A stretch of DNA of 49,256 nt from an uncultured Candidatus Peribacteria bacterium (GTDB lineage Bacteria; Patescibacteriota; Gracilibacteria; Peribacterales; Peribacteraceae): positions 54,146 to 103,401 of the forward strand of contig CAYUWH010000001.1 of assembly GCA_964448615.1 (NCBI GenBank), in the 5' to 3' direction. The number at the start of each line of letters is the position of its first letter. Position 1 is the first letter of the stretch. Position numbers and translations under genes: made by a program. The notes below the pieces were generated by a model. That model was not told where the DNA came from and made no database searches. It saw only the letters and a list, made by a program, of their open reading frames with translations. Below are positions 13,718 to 21,338 of the stretch, in pieces.

Positions 13718-15751
13718 TCATTTCGTCAAATCTACTACATGCACCCGTTTCGCATCGAGTACATAGAGATGCCCATCATCCGTATCGACATAGAGATCTT
13801 TCAGTTCACTGACCTGATCTCCTTCGAGTACATATTGCTTCAGATACACCGATTCTCCGTTGGGTCCGCCATCGCCCAACACGATGATGCGGGAATGCAC
13901 CGGATCAAGGAGGTAGAAATTACCCGAAGCCACTTTGAAAATTTTTGTCGTGTCCTTGAGCAGATCACCGGGCGCTTTGCGAATGACGAAGGGCTTGTTC
14001 TCGCCACGGAAGAGTTTCATGAGCACGCCTCCTTCTTTGAGCACGTAGACGTCACCGTCGATCGCGAAATCGAGCGCGCCGGTCAAGTCGCCGTTCACGT
14101 TGTATTCCACGGGCGCGGAGTAGCGGTTACTCAAACGTTCATACTTGTAGATCTGCTTCTTCTCGGGAGAAAGGATGTAGACGTAGCGGAGATACGTTTG
14201 CAGCGCGCGGCCGGTAGCCCAGCCTGCGGGATCTTCGGTCTTCACGGAAGTCGGCTGACCGCTCTGCACCTCAATAACGCTGTTGTTCTTTGTGAGGAAG
14301 ACCATGTTCTGGAAGCGTCCGAAGAATTCGCCGTCGATAATCAAATCCTGATCCGTGATCTTAAGCGGATCATCCACGGAGTTCAGCAATACGCGATAAA
14401 TGGACTGTCGATCGAAAACCGTGAATTCGCCGTCACCAATGCCGATGATACCTTGCGCGGCGACATCGGGGGATTTGGCCGCGATGTTCGCGACGATCCG
14501 CGGCGAGAGACGGACGATGTTGTTGATCTCCTCCTTCTTGGCACGGATTTTATCAAGCAGATCGAGCGCCTGCATGCGGAAAAGACCGCTCTCGTTATCC
14601 ATCACTTGCTTCGCCTTTTCTTCAGCGCGGGTGAGAATGGCATTGGCGGCATCGATATCGCCGATGATGCGGCGATTGTCGGCCGTCTGCACCTCGGTGT
14701 TGATTTCTTTCACCAAGCCCTCAAGTTCCGTTTTCGTTTTGCTGCGCTGACTGGAGGTAAAGAGATGCACCAACATCCAAATGACTATCAAGAGGGCCAC
14801 TGCAATCGCAATGAGGAGCAGATGGGCGCGCTGGCGGCGTTTGGGATGCTTAAGATCCGCCAGCAATCCTGAAAAACGCTCCCGAACCGTAGCGATCCAG
14901 TGTGAGGAACGCACTTTGGCGAGCGCCGAGGCGCTGCGCTTCATGGCAGTACCGCCTTTGGCGGACCAAGATTTCAGAGAAGCGAGAGACGGAGCCGATT
15001 TCATGGTCGGCAATCCTGTCGGCAACATCGCGCGGAGCTTGCCCAGCATTGCGGATGTTTCAGAGCGCTGATGCCTGCGAGGAAGATGCCGCTCTCTGCG
15101 CGCGTGTACGGATTCCACGGGAGCATCTTCGACGACTTCCGCAGATGGATCGAGCTGCGCCGTGGCCAAGGCAGCGTGGTCGCTCTCGCTCTCCAGCATC
15201 TTGATGAGCAGATCCAGGGGCTCAGATTGTTCGGCCGTCTTTGCGAGCTGTGCGGGCGTGAGCGTGCGGAGCAACCGCTGTGAAGAAAGCACGAGTGTAT
15301 CGCGTCTCTCGAGTTGACCGCTTGCGATATGCACAAAGGCAGGCGTGGATTTTCCGCTGGAATATTCCGTAATCTGGCTCGCGAGCCCGCTGCGGATCAA
15401 ATACGCCTCCGCGCGACCGGCATGCGAGACATGCAGCATGTGGTTGGGCTCCAAAATGGCGACGATCATGTGCACATCATCGATCACTTGCGATACGATC
15501 AATCCTTTGAGAAGACCGTTGAGCTCCTTAAGGGTGCCATCGAGACGCTGCGAAGCATCGCCCTCGGTCTCTAAGAGTGAATGCTTCACGACCATTTCGC
15601 ACTCGCGCTCCACGGTCTTCGCATCACGGTTTTTCGCATGTACTTCCATTAAAAAACACACCGTCTCCCCGTGATGGGACGTAAATTGGTGCGCGTTCAA
15701 ACTCGCATCACGCGGGGCCTTCGTGGATCCTGTGCGGATCGTAAGTTCCAT
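13718..15751 (-). CDS. large single-pass membrane protein: cytoplasmic N-domain (PP2C/SpoIIE-like?) plus extracytoplasmic repeat domain
   Basis: The ORF is long and intact, with a central TM helix (AHLLLIAIAVALLIVIWMLVHLF). The C-terminal part has beta-strand repeats. The likely start is the ATG at 15751 (MELTIRTG); the ORF remains open up to 15844. Confidence 0.7.
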   Translation of the reverse strand: MELTIRTGSTKAPRDASLNAHQFTSHHGETVCFLMEVHAKNRDAKTVERECEMVVKHSLLETEGDASQRLDGTLKELNGLLKGLIVSQVIDDVHMIVAILEPNHMLHVSHAGRAEAYLIRSGLASQITEYSSGKSTPAFVHIASGQLERRDTLVLSSQRLLRTLTPAQLAKTAEQSEPLDLLIKMLESESDHAALATAQLDPSAEVVEDAPVESVHARRERHLPRRHQRSETSAMLGKLRAMLPTGLPTMKSAPSLASLKSWSAKGGTAMKRSASALAKVRSSHWIATVRERFSGLLADLKHPKRRQRAHLLLIAIAVALLIVIWMLVHLFTSSQRSKTKTELEGLVKEINTEVQTADNRRIIGDIDAANAILTRAEEKAKQVMDNESGLFRMQALDLLDKIRAKKEEINNIVRLSPRIVANIAAKSPDVAAQGIIGIGDGEFTVFDRQSIYRVLLNSVDDPLKITDQDLIIDGEFFGRFQNMVFLTKNNSVIEVQSGQPTSVKTEDPAGWATGRALQTYLRYVYILSPEKKQIYKYERLSNRYSAPVEYNVNGDLTGALDFAIDGDVYVLKEGGVLMKLFRGENKPFVIRKAPGDLLKDTTKIFKVASGNFYLLDPVHSRIIVLGDGGPNGESVYLKQYVLEGDQVSELKDLYVDTDDGHLYVLDAKRVHVVDLTK

Positions 15752-15851
15752 ACAGGTGGGTAGGGTACTCTGGAGTGGGAATCGAACGCAAACCCATCGA
15801 TTTGCTAGTCTGGCTTGAGTGATGTTCAGTGTGCTTTCTATCAATGAAAAT

Positions 15852-15930
15852 AGGGTGACAAAAGGGACAAGAGGGACAAGAGTATATTGATTACCCTTGT
15901 CACCCTTGTACCACCTTTCCCCCTTGTTCC
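15852..15930. repeat. hairpin built from 9-nt tandem units (type C)
   Basis: The left arm is AGGGTGACA AAAGGGACA AGAGGGACA AGAG. After the loop, the right arm is CCCTTGTCA CCCTTGTAC CACCTTTCC CCCTTGTTCC. It lies in the divergent region between the 677-aa gene and rnj. Confidence 0.7.
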
Positions 15931-16082
15931 TTTTTATGTTTTTAAGGTTCTAATACAAACTTCACATGTAAAAATTCGTTATCTGTAAGCCATAAAATCA
16001 TTATGTCGACAAAAGGGGTTGCTCTTTCTTGCCTTAAAGAGTAGGATGAGGGTATCTCGTTATTTTTCCAAGAAAAGTTCAC

Positions 16083-18011
16083 ATGAAATCGGTAAAGCAA
16101 TGGTTGACCCGCTCTGTCGGGAGCAACCAGCCTTCTCCTGCCGTGCAGCAGAAAGGACAAGACTCGTCGAATCCCTGGATTCCCTCGGACTCACCAACTC
16201 CTTCTCCTAACTCAGGACAAGCGAAACCTACAGCAACGCCTTCTCCTGCTCCGGCCCATCGGCCTCAGCAGCAGTCTCAACGACAGCAGACTCCCTCTTC
16301 AAGACAGCCTCAGCCAGAAACGCAGCCGCAAGACCTTCCAAAAGGCGCGGGCTTGCGACTCTATCCGCTCGGCGGCTTCGAACAGATCGGACGCAACTGT
16401 TTCGTCATCGATGTCGATGGTGATTTATACATCATCGACCTCGGACTGCAGTTCCCGGACGAAGACATGTTGGGTATCGACTACTTGATCCCGGACTTCT
16501 CGGGCCTTCGCGGTCGCGAGAACCGGATCAAAGCGGTGCTCTTCACACACGGCCACCTCGACCACATCGGTGCGGTGCAGCACGTGCTTCCTCAATTGCA
16601 CTTCCCGCCGTGCTTCGGCACCAAGCTCACGATGGCGTTCGTGAAAAAGCGCCTCGATGAAGAGCAGATTACTTCCAAGGCCCGCCTGAACACGGTGGCC
16701 TACGGCCAGAAAGTGCGAATCGGAAAAGTGGAAGTGGAATTCTTCCGCGTCACGCACTCGATTCCGGATTCCGCCGGCATCGCGGTGCATACGCCGTACG
16801 GCACCATCGTGCATACCGGCGACTTTAAGTTCGACCTGACGCCGATGAACGAACCGCCCGCTGATTTTCAGCGGCTCTCGGAGCTCGGACAGAAAGGCGT
16901 GCTCGCGATTATCGCGGACTCGACGAATGCCATGAAGCCCGGCAACTCCAAAAGCGAAAAGGAGATCGCCATGAACCTGAACGATCTTATCAAGAACGCG
17001 AAGGGGCGCGTGATCGTCTCCACGTTCTCCTCGCTCCTCAACCGTTTGCAACAGGTGATCGACACCGCACGCGAGATGGGCCGCAAGGTCTATATCTCGG
17101 GCCGCAGCATGGAAACGAACATCGAGATCGCGCAGAACTTGGGTTATCTCAAGGCTCCCCGCGGATTGGTGCGCAAAGTCGGACCGGGCATGGAAAAATT
17201 GCCGGACCGCGAAGTGCTCATTATCACGACCGGCAGTCAAGGCGAAGAAATGGCCGCTCTCTCCCGCATGGGACTCGGCACGCACCGCCATGTGAACGTG
17301 AAAAAAGGCGACACCGTGATCCTCAGCTCAAACCCCATCGTGGGTAACGAGCGCGCGGTCGCGAAGGTCGTCAACAACCTGCACATGAAGGGCGCATCCG
17401 TGAAGACCAATATGGAGCTCTCGCTCCACGTCACGGGTCACGGCCATGCGAACGACATCTTGCTCATGCACCGCCTCGTACGCGCTAAACATGTGATCCC
17501 TGAACACGGCGAAGCGTATATGAAGACCGCGCATGCGGACTTGGCCAAGAGCATCGGCTACGCCGACAATCAGATCCACTTGCTCGCCAACGGCGAAATC
17601 CTGGAATTTGATAAGGAAGGCAATGCTCGACGCAGCAAGCACAAGATCACGTATCACGATGTAATCATCGATGGACGCGGTTCCGCAGGCGAAGGCCAGC
17701 GCGTGCTGAACGACCGTAAGATCATGAGCGGAGGCGGCGCACTCATCGTGCTCTTTAAGGTCTACAGTGAAAGCAAGCGACTTGTCGGCGATCCCGATGT
17801 GATCTCACGCGGATTGATCTACGGCTCCGAACAGACGGATATCTCTCGCGAGATTATCCAGGCTGCCAAGAAGGCGTATGAGGAAGAACTCAATCGCGGA
17901 GAGACTGACCGCAAGGCCTTCAAACGGGCCGTCACCGGCGCCCTCTATCGTTATTTCGACCGCAAATTGGACCGCGAACCGATGGTGATCCCGTTGTTTG
18001 TGGAGGTGTAA
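16083..18011 (+). CDS. rnj: ribonuclease J
   Basis: It has the metallo-beta-lactamase motif FTHGHLDHIGA, a beta-CASP region and a C-terminal domain. A Gln/Pro/Ser-rich N-terminal extension of about 95 aa precedes the catalytic core. Confidence 0.92.
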   Translation: MKSVKQWLTRSVGSNQPSPAVQQKGQDSSNPWIPSDSPTPSPNSGQAKPTATPSPAPAHRPQQQSQRQQTPSSRQPQPETQPQDLPKGAGLRLYPLGGFEQIGRNCFVIDVDGDLYIIDLGLQFPDEDMLGIDYLIPDFSGLRGRENRIKAVLFTHGHLDHIGAVQHVLPQLHFPPCFGTKLTMAFVKKRLDEEQITSKARLNTVAYGQKVRIGKVEVEFFRVTHSIPDSAGIAVHTPYGTIVHTGDFKFDLTPMNEPPADFQRLSELGQKGVLAIIADSTNAMKPGNSKSEKEIAMNLNDLIKNAKGRVIVSTFSSLLNRLQQVIDTAREMGRKVYISGRSMETNIEIAQNLGYLKAPRGLVRKVGPGMEKLPDREVLIITTGSQGEEMAALSRMGLGTHRHVNVKKGDTVILSSNPIVGNERAVAKVVNNLHMKGASVKTNMELSLHVTGHGHANDILLMHRLVRAKHVIPEHGEAYMKTAHADLAKSIGYADNQIHLLANGEILEFDKEGNARRSKHKITYHDVIIDGRGSAGEGQRVLNDRKIMSGGGALIVLFKVYSESKRLVGDPDVISRGLIYGSEQTDISREIIQAAKKAYEEELNRGETDRKAFKRAVTGALYRYFDRKLDREPMVIPLFVEV

Positions 18012-18054
18012 CAACATTAACCGTATCACACGCATTTTTAATCCAAACATCGAT

Positions 18055-18083
18055 GTAGAGACGTCCAAATTGGACGTCTCTAC
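18055..18083. repeat. GTAGAGACG palindromic hairpin repeat (copy 1)
   Basis: The sequence is GTAGAGACGTCCAA-A-TTGGACGTCTCTAC, a perfect 14-bp stem. Confidence 0.85.
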
Positions 18084-18150
18084 ACCACGATCCACCACCA
18101 AACCATTATTAATCCATTATTTTATTTAACCAATTCAACGAAATTATTTT

Positions 18151-18768
18151 ATGAAAAACCACAACACCAACAACACCGGTCTTCGCCCTGAACCAAGGCG
18201 AAGCCGCCTGGTTCAGGGCTACGCCCGACAGGCCGGCACATCTCAACATTCCCGACACCCTCGTAAACATTCCGTCCGTACCGTTGGGAAACGCAATTAC
18301 GCCTTCATCGATAGCCAGAACGTCAACCGTTCGGTGCGAGCACAAGGATGGAATCTCGATTGGAAAGAATTCCGACGCTATCTGCAAACACAGCAAGATG
18401 TCACGAAAGCTCTTCTCTTTATCGGTTTCATCGAAGGCAATCAGCCTCTCTACGATGAACTCAATAAGGCGGGATTCACCGTCATCTTCAAACCGACGGT
18501 GGAAATCAAGAAGGACGGCGAGATCACCGTGAAAGGCAACATCGATACCGACTTGGTTCTCCATGCGATGATCGAGCACGATAACTATGATCGCGCGGTG
18601 ATCGTCTCCGGAGATGGAGACTTCTACGGACTTGCGGAACATCTTGATCAGGAAGGAAAACTCAAAACCCTTCTTGTTCCAAGTTCTCGCCGCTATTCCA
18701 CACTGCTCAAGGAGTTCCAGCCACACATTGTGGGGATGGATACATTAAGAGCGTCGTTGGAGCGATGA
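18151..18768 (+). CDS. NYN-domain (LabA-like, PIN-fold) protein with repeat-derived N-terminal extension
   Basis: It reads NYAFIDSQNV...DTDLVLHAM...VIVSGDGDF, typical of NYN/LabA. The first ~48 aa include a translated GC-rich repeat (18182-18234). Confidence 0.8.
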   Translation: MKNHNTNNTGLRPEPRRSRLVQGYARQAGTSQHSRHPRKHSVRTVGKRNYAFIDSQNVNRSVRAQGWNLDWKEFRRYLQTQQDVTKALLFIGFIEGNQPLYDELNKAGFTVIFKPTVEIKKDGEITVKGNIDTDLVLHAMIEHDNYDRAVIVSGDGDFYGLAEHLDQEGKLKTLLVPSSRRYSTLLKEFQPHIVGMDTLRASLER

Positions 18769-18843
18769 TTGACAAAACTCAAATCGAGAGGAAAATATCA
18801 TCGGGTTTGAACCACATCGTTCTTTGCAGGAAGGAGACACATC

Positions 18844-19212
18844 ATGAAGCCACTCTTCCTCGTGCTCCATGCCAAGCAGGCAAATGCGAAAAAGAACCGG
18901 AAGGGTCTGAGGGCTGGCCTCGCTGTGAGCAACTTGCTCGTGCGCTGGGGCTTCCAACGTCTCATCGTCCGCCGGCAGGATCTGACACACCACGGCACCA
19001 CACCCGCGAAGGGAAGCCTTCTGACCCTGCGGAACACCGGCGAGTTTCTTGAGCTGCAATCACAGCTTGAGGACAGCGTCCAGATCATCGCCTGGAGCAA
19101 CAGCTTCGAGATGGTCATCACGGACACGGGCCTGGAGTTCGTGGGCACGTTTCAGCACTCCGCATACCTTGAACCGCGCCTCATCATCCGCGTGCAGCCG
19201 ATGAAGGCCTAA
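18844..19212 (+). CDS. hypothetical protein (122 aa)
   Basis: A strong SD AGGAAGGAGA (18829-18838) precedes the ATG. TTGACA is present at 18769-18774. The gene has its own terminator and no recognisable motif. Confidence 0.5.
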   Translation: MKPLFLVLHAKQANAKKNRKGLRAGLAVSNLLVRWGFQRLIVRRQDLTHHGTTPAKGSLLTLRNTGEFLELQSQLEDSVQIIAWSNSFEMVITDTGLEFVGTFQHSAYLEPRLIIRVQPMKA

Positions 19213-19223
19213 TCAAACCCCAC

Positions 19224-19256
19224 GCCCCGTCGCTCACGAGCAACGGGGCATTTTTA
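19224..19256 (+). terminator. rho-independent terminator
   Basis: The stem GCCCCGT/ACGGGGC (19224-30 with 19243-49) is followed by TTTTT. Confidence 0.7.
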
Positions 19257-19308
19257 GAAACACTCCATTTTCCTTCCTATCTCACGCTCGATCCCTATAC
19301 TCCGCCCC

Positions 19309-20415
19309 ATGGATCCACGCGCGACCAAGCTGGCGGAAGTACTCGTCGACCACTCTGTGTGCGCCGCACCGGGGGACAATATTTTGATCGCCGCATCGGA
19401 CCAATGTTCGATGGACTTGCTTCATGAATGCTACCGCTTGTGTTTGGAGCGGGGAGCGAACGTGGATCTCGATATTCTCAATGTGCAGTGCTATTTGGGC
19501 AGAGCGGATGCGGGCGGGATTTTGAAAACATTCCTGACAACCGCGCCCGCGTCACAACTCAATCGCATTCCCGATCTCGCGCAGAGCAAGATCGCGTGGG
19601 CAACCAAGACCATCCGCATTACCAGCATTCATGACCCCACTTTCCTTGGAGGGGTACCCCCGGAGCGCGTTGCTGAGTGGCAGCATATTGTGTCCCCCGC
19701 CATGGACAACATCACCTCCAAAGATTGGGTGCTCACAAAGTTTCCGACAGAAGCCTACGCAAAAGGAGCGGGCATGACGATGCAGGAATTTATCGACTAT
19801 TACTACAACGCGTGCTGCGCCGATTACCAAGCGCTGGGGGATAGCATTAAGCCTCTTCAAGATGCGTTCGATGCCGGCTCCCGTGTGCGGATTCTTGGAC
19901 CGGGTACGGATATTTTATTAGGCATCGAAGGACGATTGGCGGCAGGCGCGATTTCGGGAAAGCACAACATTCCCGATGGCGAGTGCTTCCTTGGGCCGGA
20001 AGAGGACATCACGGAGGGGCACATTACGTTTGAGGAAGATCAGATCTATGACGGCAACGAAATGGGGGGCATTTTCCTCCGCTTCGAACGAGGGCAAATC
20101 GTGGAAGCACATGCCAAGAAGGGCGATGCATTTTTCCAATCATTGCTTGATAACCATCCGGACAATCGCCGCTTGGGAGAACTTGGGATCGGGATGAATC
20201 CGAATATCACGCGTTACAGCAAGAACACGCTCTTTGATGAAAAGATCAAAGGGACGATCCACATGGCGCTTGGGAGATCGTACAAATACGAACGCGGTGG
20301 CGGGCGCAACGGCGGATCCATTCACTGGGATTTGGTGAAAGACCTTCGCCTGCCGGGAACCGAAATGCGGATCGATGATCAGATTGTGATGAAGGATGGA
20401 ACGTTGATCTTGTGA
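19309..20415 (+). CDS. M29-family aminopeptidase (AmpS/AmpT/PepS-like)
   Basis: The C-terminal core RRLGELGIG...NTLFDEKIKGTIHMALG...SIHWDLV resembles the metal-binding signature of M29 aminopeptidases. A -10 box TATACT ends 7 nt before the ATG. Confidence 0.85.
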   Translation: MDPRATKLAEVLVDHSVCAAPGDNILIAASDQCSMDLLHECYRLCLERGANVDLDILNVQCYLGRADAGGILKTFLTTAPASQLNRIPDLAQSKIAWATKTIRITSIHDPTFLGGVPPERVAEWQHIVSPAMDNITSKDWVLTKFPTEAYAKGAGMTMQEFIDYYYNACCADYQALGDSIKPLQDAFDAGSRVRILGPGTDILLGIEGRLAAGAISGKHNIPDGECFLGPEEDITEGHITFEEDQIYDGNEMGGIFLRFERGQIVEAHAKKGDAFFQSLLDNHPDNRRLGELGIGMNPNITRYSKNTLFDEKIKGTIHMALGRSYKYERGGGRNGGSIHWDLVKDLRLPGTEMRIDDQIVMKDGTLIL

Positions 20416-20416
20416 A

Positions 20417-20444
20417 TAAAAAAAGGCCACTCTCTTGAGTGGCC
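20417..20444 (-). terminator. rho-independent terminator (T-run on minus strand)
   Basis: The hairpin is GGCCACTC-TCTT-GAGTGGCC (20425-20444). On the plus strand it is preceded by AAAAAAAA, which reads as a U-run for the minus-strand 103-aa gene. It may also stop the aminopeptidase transcript. Confidence 0.7.
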
Positions 20445-20455
20445 GGCTTGTCGCG

Positions 20456-20767
20456 CTATTGCTCGTAACATTCCTTCACGACAATGCTCAGAATCTTGTC
20501 CAGGGAAAGACGCTTGTCCCCGAGGTATAAAAACATACAGCGCGTCTCGTAAACCGGATCATCCGGCCTGCAGACCCCAAAATGCAGAAAAAGGCCTGAC
20601 AGACGATCTTCAGTGGCTTGCGTGGCGTATCCCAGAAAACAGGCATCCTGCTGGTCGGACAATCCCTCAAGCAGATGGACGTCATACCGCAGTTCATATC
20701 GGCCCCACCACCCCTGCATCCGGATATGCACCTTCGCGAGTAATACCATTTTTTCCTCCCGCAGCAT
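20456..20767 (-). CDS. hypothetical protein (103 aa)
   Basis: The ORF has a matched terminator but no recognisable motif. The start could be at Met7. Confidence 0.4.
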   Translation of the reverse strand: MLREEKMVLLAKVHIRMQGWWGRYELRYDVHLLEGLSDQQDACFLGYATQATEDRLSGLFLHFGVCRPDDPVYETRCMFLYLGDKRLSLDKILSIVVKECYEQ

Positions 20768-20818
20768 CCCCCTTCCATTGATACGGAAGGTATCGTGAAA
20801 AAGGGATTCCGAGGGAGG

Positions 20819-21181
20819 ATGCTGCCAAAGATCACGGATATTTTACAAGTTGATGCAGGAGATGCAATAACTCCAGAATTTGCGTGCCCATTCAAACTGG
20901 CAACGTCGTCGCGACAGGTGTATGAAAGAGATATGCTGAAAACCCCCGACGCTATTTTGGAGCCCACACCGTTAGTGGAAGCACCCGCCTCCGTGTTGGA
21001 AACGCATGCGAATGCCCCCTTGCAGGTGGGAGAAGAAGTGATGTTCCGGGAGAAGCTGCATATCGTCACCCAAACACATCAGACAAAACACGCACTCTGG
21101 GTGTTACTGCAGCAGGTCGATGATGCCTCCAAACAACATTGGCGTATCGACGGACCGAAATTGCGGGAACAACGGCAATGA
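20819..21181 (+). CDS. hypothetical protein (~120 aa)
   Basis: The ORF is divergent from the 103-aa gene. The ATG at 20819 is preferred over the GTG at 20795. No motif is recognised. Confidence 0.35.
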   Translation: MLPKITDILQVDAGDAITPEFACPFKLATSSRQVYERDMLKTPDAILEPTPLVEAPASVLETHANAPLQVGEEVMFREKLHIVTQTHQTKHALWVLLQQVDDASKQHWRIDGPKLREQRQ

Positions 21182-21198
21182 ACATTGATCTTGTAATT

Positions 21199-21251
21199 GT
21201 AGAGACGTCCAATGGTTCGGCATGGCTCACCACAGGTTTGGACGTCTCTAC
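21199..21251. repeat. GTAGAGACG hairpin repeat (copy 2, with 29-nt insert in the loop)
   Basis: The arms are GTAGAGACGTCC ... GGACGTCTCTAC. The loop is AATGGTTCGGCATGGCTCACCACAGGTTT. Confidence 0.8.
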
Positions 21252-21338
21252 ACAAAAGATTAACCTACATTTCACACCACCCGCCCTTTTACCTGCCATC
21301 CCTCGAACGGCGTTCTGCCTTCGCCCGCTGCGGCGGGG

